Shown piece after piece: positions 26,636 to 37,963 of a stretch of 64,000 bases of DNA. The translations under genes were made by a program, and so were the position numbers. The notes under the pieces were generated by a model. That model saw only the letters and a list, made by a program, of their open reading frames with translations. It made no database searches and was not told the origin of the DNA. Source of the stretch: Macrostomum hystrix (lineage: Eukaryota > Animalia > Platyhelminthes); NCBI GenBank assembly GCA_950097015.1, contig CATNEN010000025.1:3782001-3846000 (forward strand), in the 5' to 3' direction. Each line of letters starts with the position of its first letter. Positions within the stretch are counted from its first letter, which is position 1.

Positions 26636-28184
26636 AATTTTTCCCCGGGGGAAGAGCGGCAGCCCAAACCACACTTGGAGTGACCCACTGGAAGAGAGTT
26701 GTATATTAAGTTACTCCAGAGCCTCCTCATCCGACCCGTCACCGTCTTCTTCTTCAAATTCGTCTTCAACGGCTGCTCCGGCTGCTTCGGCAGCGGCTCC
26801 GGCTGCGTCGGCTGCAGCGGCCCCAGATGCGCCGGCAGCGGCTCCGGAGGCATCGGCAGCGGCTCCGGCTGCAACGGCAGCGGCTCCCACTGCTCCCACT
26901 GCGCCTGCGTCGGCACCTTTGCTTTTCTTAGGAGTGCTGGTAGGCGGGCGGAGGGCACGGCGGTGAGTCTCTGTGAGGCGCCGGAAGACGTCATGCACCT
27001 CCCGCTCGCACTTTGATAAGCCAGCCTCATTCAGCAAGTAGCTCGTGACGGCCTGCCACTTGTCAAATGGTGCGGCATCCGACCTTCGCCTCCGTGGCTC
27101 TTGCCCTTGTAAGTGCAGGACCGAATTTCCTCTTCGGAAAACACTGCCTGCAGCAGTTTGCGAATCAGAAGGCGGCGAGTGGCATCAGTCCTGTTGGCCT
27201 TGTACTCGGCCAGAGCGGCTGCAAGTAGGGACCAGCCTGCCGGGTAACCTGTGAGATATTTTGCGAGAAGACCCTGATGATGAAGGAGTGATGACAAGGA
27301 CGGCTTTTAATACTTTGCCTCCTCACCAAAACCGAGCTGCCAGACATGAGCCTCTGGGTGCAGCTGGTGGCAGAACGGGCTGCAGCTGGCTTCTGACTGC
27401 AGGATCCTGCAGTCACTCCGGAGTCACTGACTCCCTGGCTGATCGGAGTCAGCGCAATATCAATGAGGTCGCTGGGCAGCTGGGCAGGCTGAGAATCAGC
27501 AACGCAAGCACCACGGCTGCCGAGCTTCCGGCAGGAACAGCACGGAGCTGCTCCACCAGCGCAGCCACGGATGTCAGTCCGTTGGCCAAATGTGCGCTGT
27601 CGCGCTGCTGCTCGACATGCAGTGCGTCGATGACACTGCGCAGGCGATCGATCTCGCCCCGCAGCTCATCCTCAACTGCAACCGATGTCGCCAGTTCATC
27701 TCGCAGCTGACTGGCTTCAGCTGCAGTGCGGCTTACTGTGTCTCGCAGCGAGGCGGCAGCACTGCGTGCTTCCAGCAGCTGAGCGTCCCGCGGCTGGCAC
27801 TGGACGCATTTAGACTGAAACCGGATCGGGAGGCAGGTTACGGCACAGCTGCTCGTGCATCTTGGCAATGGATTAGGATGAAAAGGGACCATTAAAGAGT
27901 ACTGCGCTTACTGACTAATAGTTGTGGGGCTGATGTTTTTGGCGCAATACTCTTCAACCTCCGACCAGCGCTTGTAGCCGCCGGGGGGGAGCTGCAGTTG
28001 CTATTCGACAGGACTGCACGGCTCGGAAATTGCACTGGGGCAGAAACTGTACGAGCCAGTACTGCTCTGACCCACCTGACCCACCTGGGACTGAGGAAGC
28101 CGCAGCCGTCGCTGGAAATAGACAACGCCTCTTCGCTGGAGATGCTGGCGTTTGTGGAGCAGACAAGGCGGGCGGGACAGGCGG

Positions 28185-28380
28185 AGGGGCTTGGGAGGGC
28201 ACAGAGGGGACAGGCGGAGGGGCTTGGGAGGGCACAGAAGGGACAGGCGGAGGGGCTTGGGCGGGCACAGAGGGGTCAGGCGGAGGGGCTTGGGAGGGCA
28301 CAGAGGGGACAGGCGGAGGGGCTTGGGAGGGCACAGAGGGGACAGGCGGAGGGGCTTGGGTGGGCACAGAGGGGACAGGT
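28185..28380. repeat. 33-bp tandem repeat x6, Pro-rich (APPPVPSVPSQ) on the minus strand
   Basis: Unit GGCGGAGGGGCTTGGGAGGGCACAGAGGGGACA. Confidence 0.9.
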
Positions 28381-28829
28381 GGAGCTGGGGCTGCCGCGGA
28401 GGAGGGGCCAGAATGCTGAGCCGAAGCATCCTGCGCCAGTCTGGCCGATTTCGGATCTTTCGGTACGGTGGTGGCGGTTGGCTGTACGAGATCGGGAAGC
28501 AATGTTGGCCTGTGCCGCTGCCTTTCAGGATGCCGGTGCGTCACGGCACGGCACTGCAAGGCTCGCAGAACTGCTTCTTGCAGGTGCAGCCCCGCACAGG
28601 TCACAGGCGGTTTTATTTTTAGGTGCCATTAAGAATATTTCATAAGTCGAGGCTAATAATTAGGAGCTGTCGTTCTACCAGTGGTTCCACGAGCAATCTT
28701 TGCAGCAAGCTGCTGGCTGCAATCAGGGGGGGAATTAGTACATCAGTTAACTATAGAGACAAAAAGTTGCTGTGCCACCTATATAAGTGGCTATATATAG
28801 AAAATTCAAAATATATAGGCCGCAATGCC

Positions 28830-29190
28830 AGGGGGTCGGTGGCAGAGCGGTTATCGCGCTTGCCTCTCGCACCAAGGTCCCTAAGTTCGATTCCACGGCG
28901 AGGCCACATTCATTCGGGGGCAACCGCGGAGAGAAGGCTGGGTGGCTGTGCAATTTACGCCCTTGAGGGCCAACCTCCAAGGCACAGTGAAATGTACACT
29001 GCCTGACGATGAGAAAGTCAGGGCAGATGTACACGCCTGTGTGAGCGTATGCCTGCGTACAGTATCTGTGTGCGCGTGTGCTCAGGAGTCAGCGAAATGG
29101 GCAGAATTGCCTCCTCGCTGGCTGCGGGTCTAGTGTCACTAAATGATGTGCCATTGCCCGCAGCCCTCCTGCAATTATTATTATTATTAT
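28830..29190 (+). mobile_element. tRNA-derived SINE, full length, with target-site duplication
   Basis: A box TGGCAGAGCGG, B box GTTCGATTCC, (ATT)n tail; 14-bp TSD TAG(G/A)CCGCAATGCC at 28816-28829 and 29191-29204; carries an internal segment absent from the 7569 copy. Confidence 0.85.
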
Positions 29191-29904
29191 TAGACCGCAA
29201 TGCCGCAAATGAACTCCGGGAAACCCCGCGTGCCAGTGCCAGTATAATAGGGGTTCACATTCAACTAAAAAGCTCCAAATAACGGACTCGTCACCGGCCC
29301 ATTCTTCCAATGCCGTGACGGCGTTGTTGTCGTCTGAGCCTTTCCTCCTCACGGCGTTGTTGTCGCGCCGACAAAACTTCATCCGAAGAAGGGGGAGAAG
29401 GAAGCCGAAGTGCGAGTGGCTCATCGGACCAAAATATCTCGCTGGCCAGCTTGCTAGCGCTCCTCTCCCGTCCAGGCGGCGATGCGGCTGGAGACCCTGG
29501 TCGTGTCGGCGCCATTTCGATGATGACATGGTCCAATAATGCAGGCCAGTCAATCGGACTGCCGTCATTGCCCTGGGCCATCTGTAAACTAGCGTAGTTA
29601 CAGGCTACTAGCTTGCGAGCTCGAGTCAGACCAAGTACATTCGTTCACCTCAAATAGCAGTACGTACGACCATGCACGCTGTCGTATAAACGGCCTAGTA
29701 ATAAAAACAAAGGCAGAGGCTATCATAGGATTAAAGCATGAGTAGCACACTCAGTGTTGGAAAGCGTCCAACTTTTAGGTTATAAAAGTTATTCGTTTTG
29801 CGAAAACATTTACTTACGAAATATTTGAAGTGTTGGATTTAAAATGGTTGTTTTAAGAAAGACAGCGACAAACTGGAAAGGATATAAGTAGCACCAACAC
29901 CATA

Positions 29905-30122
29905 TCACTAACAATCACCAATCATCACCAACAATCACCAATCATCACCAACAATCACCAATCATCACCAACAATCACCAATCATCACCAACAATCACCA
30001 ATCATCACCAACAATCACCAATCATCACCAACAATCACCAATCATCACCAATCATCACCAACAATCACCAATCATCACCAACAATCACCAATCATCACCA
30101 ACAATCACCAATCATCACCAAC
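29905..30122. repeat. 20-bp tandem repeat (ATCATCACCAACAATCACCA), ~11 copies
   Basis: Direct inspection. Confidence 0.9.
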
Positions 30123-30502
30123 ACTGCGAAAAAAGAAACCGACAGAGCGGAAAGGATAAAATCATGATGGGATAGATACAGTGGGATTGTTTTCCAAATT
30201 TGGGACCACATCAGAGTAATAATGCAGTCTGACCTAAACACATCTAGCGTATATAGTACAACCCAGAAAAAAATATCTCTAGCTGTCTTTAGTGCCAACA
30301 CCCACAACTGAGTCAGTGAGTCACTTTTATTAGCTTCGAATAGTCTCATGTACAGCAGTAGACATATTATGCACTGTTCGAATAGTTTCTTGCATGTGCA
30401 GTACGTTGAATACACACATTATTATAATAATATTTGGGTACTTGTAGCTTCAGCTGAACCGGTTCGACTAGGTTGGGAGTAGTTCCATGGAACCAGTCAT
30501 AT

Positions 30503-31092
30503 AATAATAATAATAATAATAATAATAGTTACACTCCACGCCGACCACAGAAGTGGCCAAGAGGGGGGGAGCGTCAAAACGCGCGTTTCAGTGCCAGGTC
30601 TCTGACGTGCTTCACGCCTGCCGCCTGGCTGGGTGCACGGGCGTCTTCAAAAAGGCGGTCAATATAGCGGGCTGTTCGTCCCTGGCCGCGCCTGCGCGGT
30701 CACTGCGAGGTCCACAGCAGGACATCCTGCAGCGGCTCTGGGCAGTAGGCTTCGGCGCGGATGACATGCCCGGCCAGCCGCAGTCGCCGCTGACTCAGCA
30801 GGACAGAAGGCCGCGTTAGGCGCGCACGCTGGTACAGGGACTCGGTTGTCTCGCTGCCAGGGCCGCGGCGGGCGCCGAAAGCGGCGCGAACTAGGGCCGC
30901 ATGCGCCGCGTCGAGCTGCGCCTCGACCGCCCCGGTCATCGTCCAGGTCTCAGCATTGTACAAGAGGGCGGTCTCGACAACCGCCTGGAACAGCTGGGAC
31001 CTGGCGCCGTTCGACAGGGCCTCGGAGAGTAGCACCGCCCGCACAGAACGGTAGGCGGCCCAGGCCTTGCCGCGTCGTCTCGCCAGGTCGTC
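30503..31092 (-). mobile_element. 5'-truncated non-LTR retrotransposon (RTE-like C-terminal region) with TSD
   Basis: LLYNAETWTMT...RRLRLAGHVIR matches the post-RT LLYGxETW/RRLRWxGHVxR motifs; premature TGA at 30700-30702, natural stop at ~30574; (TTA)n tail; 13-bp TSD GAACCAGTCATAT at 30490-30502 and 31093-31105. Confidence 0.85.
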
Positions 31093-31469
31093 GAACCAGT
31101 CATATGATACAGACTATAGCTATTGCTCCGATGCGAATACCTTGCAGGGTACAATCCCAATATATAGTGTTACATTTCAGTGTTACATTAAATAAATAGA
31201 TTAAAATATATAATATTAACTCACAGAAACTCGCTTGCGACACTTGTGCATCCATTGAGCGGTTAGAGCCACTTGAGACACTTTTAAGACGTATACTTAA
31301 GTCGAAAAAACATATGACAAGCTTTTAGGCCGCGTTGGCCTCGAGAGCCGCTGAAAAGTTAAGCAACTTTTGCGCAGCTTTTTACACACTTTAGACACTT
31401 CACCCGCACAGGTGGCTCTAAAACTCCTAAATACGGTCCAAACTGCTAAAAAATGCGCAAATACTGGTC

Positions 31470-32005
31470 AACACGATGAAAAAAAGTGAGCCGCCGTTGT
31501 GGGTCAAAAGTGTCTGAACTCCGCTAATTGCAGCCACAGTTAGCTATTTGAAGAGGGGTAAGAGTTGAGACGCTTTAGCAACTTTTAACCCCAAATGTCA
31601 AACGCGGACCGCGATTTCGGGTAAAAAACGTCTTTAAAACGGATCATTTGAGCTGCTTGAGCCGCCAGTTGGGGGTGGTGTACGTGGGCGGGGGTTGGCG
31701 CATGGTTTTGCGTACATTACTGGACTTGTGGTGGTAGGGCTATTGGAGTTGTTGTGGTGGTTATAGACGGCTAAAAACAGGTCAACTATGGCTCTGGCGT
31801 CTCAAATGTTGTTTAATAAGGTTAGAAGTCCGAGGCTGCATTTGAGGGTCACGAGGCGAGCGAAGCGAATAAAGTTGTTAACACGGCTAAATTCTTGGTT
31901 AAAAGATTGTTAAGCGCTCAACTGGTGGATTCCCGCAAAAGTCACAAGACAGTTTAGGCTATATGGTTAGTGTACAAATAAATGGCCCATGAGGCTCAAC
32001 GTTAA
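31470..32005 (+). mobile_element. Dispersed ~500-bp repeat (copy 2 of 25085-25590)
   Basis: Colinear diverged match. Confidence 0.7.
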
Positions 32006-32339
32006 TTTTTACGAAATAACTAGCGAGCTTCGTACCCAATTCAATCCTTCCAATTTTCCCACTAGCCTGTTGATTTCCCTAAATGTGCAAAATTGTCTCA
32101 ATATGCTGTTATTTTTTACATGCAATATGAACTTATATTACACTCATGGAAAACTAAAAAAACATCGAAATATTGTCATCCTCGATGTCAGGCAAGCAAT
32201 TGCAGTTGTAAACATTGACCACGAGTAGTTTTAGTGTTACTGGGACTGAATGCAAGCCAAGCAGTGAAATAATTTGCTTCGCTACGGCCACGAAGTCTTG
32301 ATACTTTTCTGAGCAAATCAAATAAACGAGAGCACGAGA

Positions 32340-32520
32340 CTCCCGCAAGCGGAGGTTTTCCCACGCGGGATTTTACCGTAGAATGGTTTTCCCGCAGGAT
32401 CTTTCCCCGAAGCGAACTTTTCCCGCAGGATCTTTCCCCGAAGCGAGCTTTTCCCGCAGGATCTTTCCCCGAAGCGGGCTTTTCCCACGGTGAGATTTTC
32501 CCGTGAGTTTATATCCTGCG
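32340..32520. repeat. Cluster of TTTTCCCGC/TTTCCCCG motifs, including ~31-bp units
   Basis: Opposite-orientation relative at 56985-57225 (GCGGGAAAA motifs). Confidence 0.6.
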
Positions 32521-33253
32521 AGATAAAAAACAAGAAAATTGGTTCATACATGATATACGAACTGGCCTTCTGATGAAGCTGCAAAATCACGAAGGATTTT
32601 GCGTTTGAGCACTAACGCGTCGATTTTATTTTATTTTTGATGTCTTAAAAAACCTGACGTTATTTGCGCATTAAATTGTTGCTTTTCGTTCAGCATGTCA
32701 GTTGGTATCGCTGCCTACTTTTTCTGTTGTCTAAAACTACTCTTCTAGCATTTTTTTGGCCATTTGTGCTTTTTGAGCTGGCCAAGGAAAGATCCTAGAG
32801 CAATTCGATTGAAATACAACGCTTATCAATGTCAACACAACACCGCCACCCGAGCCTATCGTACCTTTCACACACCATGCACACACCTCTAGATAGACGA
32901 ATGAATTCAAGATTATAGTAAAACCTGGCATATATTGCATGGCTACTCCTATTTTACAATGTATTTAGTTGTTTGATAGAGCAAGAAAACTTAAATTGAA
33001 AAAGGTAGCAATTAGGAACTGCAAGCCAAATTTTTCTAAAAGGGGGAATTTGTCGGTTCCGATAAGCATGCGAACGAATAGGGCACTCAAGAGATTGAAT
33101 TATTGGCAAAAACTGCTTGTACGTTTGCATAATAAAGGAGAAATAGTTGGGATTTCTTATGCTCGATATGCCTAGAATAACGAATATGGCATATTGCGTA
33201 GAACATGGCGAATGGGGCAATTGTGAGTTCAAATCTCATAACTCGCACTGAGA

Positions 33254-33833
33254 TCACTGCCTGAGAACGAGGATCTCAAAGTCGTTGCTGCGGTGCTCCT
33301 GACCACCCCAGGGGAAGTAGGCGCAGCCGTGAGGCGTGAACACTTTCCCGGCAACCATCTCGCCGTTGATGCGACCGCGGCCGATGTAGTAGGGCTGCCT
33401 GTCTGCGGAGTAGCCGCCGATCAGGGCTCCGTGAGGAACGCTGCGCCCATTGCAGCGCTCCCAGGTGTAGTTGCAACCGAAGCACTGGATGTGGGTGTCG
33501 CACAGGATCTCGTAATCTGGCACCGAATGCTCAACACCTCCGTAGGCAACGTAGGCATTCTGGTGGTTCATGACCGCCTTGCCTGCGCGGATGGGGACGG
33601 TCGGTTGCACGAATAGAAACGCGCTTCTTCTAAAATGCACTTAATACATTACTGAAGACACGGACGTTAAAAAATTACTCACCTGGGATGAGCTCTCCAG
33701 CATGCTGTGCCCTGGCAACAAAGATGCCGTGGCCAACCTGGATGGCTCCGTTGGGGATCTGGCCGTGCCTGGCTGGGATCCAGCTTAGCGTCACCTGAGG
33801 ATTACCGCCGGTTGAGCCTCTCGCGCCCAACAT
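33254..33833 (-). CDS. DM9-repeat (DUF3421) protein, copy C, 159 aa
   Basis: Exons 33833-33683 and 33582-33254; differs from copy A by S->N near the C-terminus and a few synonymous sites. Confidence 0.9.
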
Positions 33834-34699
33834 TGCTGCAGCGTTTAGGGATCAGGATTTTAACAACTCAGCTGGCAACGAGAGAATGTTAGGGATCTGG
33901 GAAGCTAGCGAAAGGACTGAGGTTGTCGAATGGTCATAGGTAACCATGCAAGCGAGGCCATAGCCAGACGGCATTGGCCCGCTGCCCTAATTGGATGACC
34001 AACTAAATTCCTGGTGGCGCCCACCTAGCATGCAGCCCTCCAATGAAATGGCTCTGAACCCTATACGCCTTTGCAAAGTATTGAGATGTGCTGCGACAAA
34101 ACTTATAGTAAAAAAGCATTGCAAAGATGAAATTCGTGAAAAATCGTGAAAGCATCTTACCTTGATCCTTAAAAAACGTGAAGACTAGCCTAATATAATT
34201 TTTAAATACTGAATTGACAGCAGCCACAGCTAGCTTCTTCAGTGCGATTTGTCTTAAAAGTTGTCTTGCTATGTTTTCTTATGTACACATCCGAAATATA
34301 AACGACCAAACTGATTCTACGCCTATTGGCTTATCGCCAACTCGCACTCATCTCCAATGATCTGAGCGAAGCGCAAACAACGTAGCTTTATTAGTTGATT
34401 GTTTCTAGCACGAGTGTAAACTATTACAGTGCCAAGAAGCAAAAAGACAAGCAAGCCTGGGCCATGGAGTTGCACGGATTTAGCTTTGCAACTTCATTTA
34501 ATTTATAGCAAGTGGCTAAATTTTACACGGAAAATATCCGCACACAATGTTCATACATAAAGGCAACTGACTAGCGAAATTCAAATTGGGTGTAATGAAT
34601 CCAACGTTTCAACTGCTTGAACATATAGTATTGCTTGACGAAAAAGTAATTTAAATGAACCCTAGAAAGTTAGTTTAAAGGCAAATACCTTATCCTATA

Positions 34700-35505
34700 G
34701 TCTTGGGCCATTGATTGTCTAAATTCATGTTGTGGTCTTGGGCCATCGATTGTCTATTCATGTTGTGGTCTTGGACCATCGATTGTCTATTAATGTTGTG
34801 GTCTTGGACCATCGATTGTCTATTCATATTGTGGTCTTGGACCATCGATTGTCTATTCATATTGTGGTCTTGGGCCATCAATTGTCTACACATTTTGTGG
34901 TCTTGGACCATCGATTGTCTACACATGTTGTGGTCTTGGGCCATCGATTGTCTACACATGTTGTGGTCTTGGACCATCGATTGTCTATTCATGTTGTGGT
35001 CTTGGGCCATCGATTGTCTACACATTTTGTTATCATCGTTGAATATCAAAAAGTACGACATGAATTGACATCGATGGCCCAAGACCACAACATGTGTAGA
35101 CAATCGATGGTCCAAGACCACAACATGAATAGACAATCGATGGTCCAAGACCACAACATGAATAGACAATCGATGGTCCAAGACCACAACATGTGTAGAC
35201 AATCGATGGCCCACGACCACAACATGTGTAGACAATCGATGCTCCACGACCACAACATGTGTAGACAATCGATGGCCCAAGACCACAACATGTGTAGTAG
35301 ACAATTATCGATGGTCCAAGACCACAACATGTGTAGACAATTTCGATGGCCCAATACCACAACATGAATAGACAATCGATGGCCCAAAAAAAGACCACAA
35401 CATGTGTAGACAATCGATGGCCCAATACCACAACATGAATAGACAATCGATGGCCCAAAAAAAGACCACAACATGTGTAGACAATCGATGGTCCAAGACC
35501 ACAAA
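34700..35505. repeat. 33-bp minisatellite in two opposed blocks (34700-35025 and 35060-35505)
   Basis: Unit orientation flips at ~35027. Confidence 0.9.
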
Positions 35506-37963
35506 ACTACACACTGTGCAAGCATATTTAATTTGAATGAATATGATAGTTATAAAGTAACTCTTTTCTATTTTCATTTGCGACAGTCTAGATGTGACAA
35601 CTTATAACGCAAGAGTATATAAATCGACATTCACAATTCAGTTACAAAAGTTATTTAACGAATTAATCAAGTTCATACGTGCTAATCAGGCGCCTAGAAT
35701 TAGTATAGATTATGCTATAATTTTAGCAGCAGACTACTGGAGTTATAATTATCAATCGACAAACTTTAAGGGTAGACATAGTGAATGAGGGTAGACATAT
35801 AGTGAGTGAAACAGTTTGATGTGCGGGCACCAATGCTCGTCCAAGACCAAGTCAGACCAGTTGAGACTGACGGAAACATTCCCAATCCAGTAAATGACAT
35901 TCACGATTCACGAGCTTTCAAGCAAAATAATGAAAGATAAAAAGTAAGAAACCAAGCGATAGCAAAACACTGAGAAAATAACTTTAGGAAGAACTCCAAC
36001 AATGTTAGCAGAGTGCACTAAAACAATGTAAAAAGAAGTTTTATTTAATAATGGAGTCAGTGAAATATCGCGACAAGTTCAAAATAAGGACTAAGAATAC
36101 TAGATAGAATAAGCACAGGAATGATGCCATTTAATGTATCAACCATTACATGAATAGAGGAAAAAGTTGACAAAGCCTATGCTAATTTGTTTCAAAACTA
36201 GACATAAGGGATAAGACTTTGAGGACACTTTGTGGCTTATCCTATAAGTATAAAGAAGGACAACTTCAGCTTAATGAATAGAATAGTGAATGATAAATGC
36301 GGCTGAATGGTCCTTGGTAAGACTTGAGATAAAACTGCAGTTAGGGCCTAGTTAAAGTGTTTGGTCTTACCTGGGCTTCAGAATATCACCTGAAGTGCTC
36401 ATACACAAAAAACTGTAATGTGGAAGAGTTGAGTCACTACCTTTGCTTTGAATACAATAGATAGAATAAATATAGGAATGTTCTCATTTAATGTTTCAAC
36501 CATTACATGAATAGAGGACAGAGTTGAGAAGTTTGAATGATTTTTCAATGACACCAAGGCCTGAACTGGACGCAGAAAAAAATTGGTTGCAGACTTGGCA
36601 ATAAGCCTTGGCATCATCTTTGTTGTTTTTGGACAGCTAGTTGGCAACCAGTTTGCCATCAAATGTTTGCTTGACCTTCCATTCAGGCTTAAGTGTTGTA
36701 TAGAATATTCTCTTGAGAGACAAAAATGATTATGCTTAATTGCTATATTGATTGTTAATGCTATAAGTTTCCAGTTTGTGGTTTGTGGTTCTATTACCAG
36801 TTTGTGGTAATAGAGTGTAGATAATTCTAGTAGGAATGATAACTGATAACTAGTAGACTAGATGTCTGACAATTAGTTTCTATATATAATATAATATTGA
36901 TTCTTTACATATATCTTATATTTATAATTTAACATAATTGGACCAAAAAAGGAAATTCTATATTTAAAAAAATCCAAATTTCTAACAAAATGTAGGTTTT
37001 GTTCAATAGCTGATACTATAGGGTAATGTATCATCAACCAAACAGTGTATCTTCAAAACCGAACAAGAATTTTGACTCCTTCCTTGGTCTCGTGCAAAAC
37101 AGAAACAAGCTATTGTGTTTCACAGAACAACTAATTTGAAAGTTGAAGAAATTATCTACAAGCTGAGGCATGATGTGCAATGAAGCATTAAGAGGAAAGA
37201 AAGATATTGATGTTTCAGTAGAAATTTTTATTGCAAAATCATACTTTTTAACAACATTTTTTCAGTATGTACTTTAGACAAAGATTGTATGTGGTTGCTT
37301 GCCAATTAAATGACCATAAATGTAGTTACTTATAGAGCATGAAAAATGCTTTCAAATGACATAATTCATGATAGTTCACTCCTTAAAATAAGATTAAACC
37401 ACTCACTCAAATTTTAAAACCAAACATCAAATTCTCTGTTTGGTTTGAAGATATATGAAAATCATTGTTCGGTTTTAGATAAAAAGCAGGAATAACTTTT
37501 TTTCTATTTGACAAAATAGCAAAAGCAGATACTTTTTAGAAAGATGTAACTGTTTTCTATAACTTGGCTTTTGATTTATAATCATATTTTAAATAGAAAA
37601 TCTGTAGCTTAGGTTTGAAGTTAAAAAAATACACATTCTTGTTTGGTTGATGATACATTACCCTACCAATCCATGTGAAAATCAGCTTAGAAAATTTGGC
37701 ATCAGGAGGGTCATGATCCCATGACCCATCTGACTATGTGACTGATATTCTTATACTAGGCCCTTAACAGTCTAAGATTTAATTACCATTATGCTATTAA
37801 TACTTTTACTGGCCCTAATTACTATAGAATTATCACCATCTAGGTCATTTCATAAAACTTTTTGTGTTGTAAAATGATTTTCATTTTATGATTGTCAATA
37901 AAATAACATATAGGTTGAAGTGCTTGTAGATTGTATATCACACACCATAACAAACCCGCAGTC

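Larger units (their letters stand above)
26711..29581 (-). pseudogene. Decayed multi-exon gene: Cys-rich start, Pro-rich repeats, coiled coil, BEN-like domain, Ala-rich/acidic tail
   Basis: GC-rich coding-like blocks 29581-29294, ~28600-27930, ~27870-27330 and ~27250-26711 join only through several frameshifts. C-terminal block LLIRKLLQAVFSEEEIRSCTYKGK/(shift)..FDKWQAVTSYLLNE...VHDVFRRL resembles a BEN domain. Confidence 0.45.
32663..36420 (-). repeat. Right arm of inverted segmental duplication carrying DM9 gene C
   Basis: Reverse complement of ~17480-20768; longer because of minisatellite expansion. Confidence 0.9.

Noticed and set aside
28831-28905. tRNA gene
   Set aside because: A and B boxes are present, but it continues into a SINE body with tail and TSD; no convincing cloverleaf.
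34690-35577. Multiple 90-211-aa ORFs
   Set aside because: Readthrough of the stop-poor 33-bp minisatellite on both strands.
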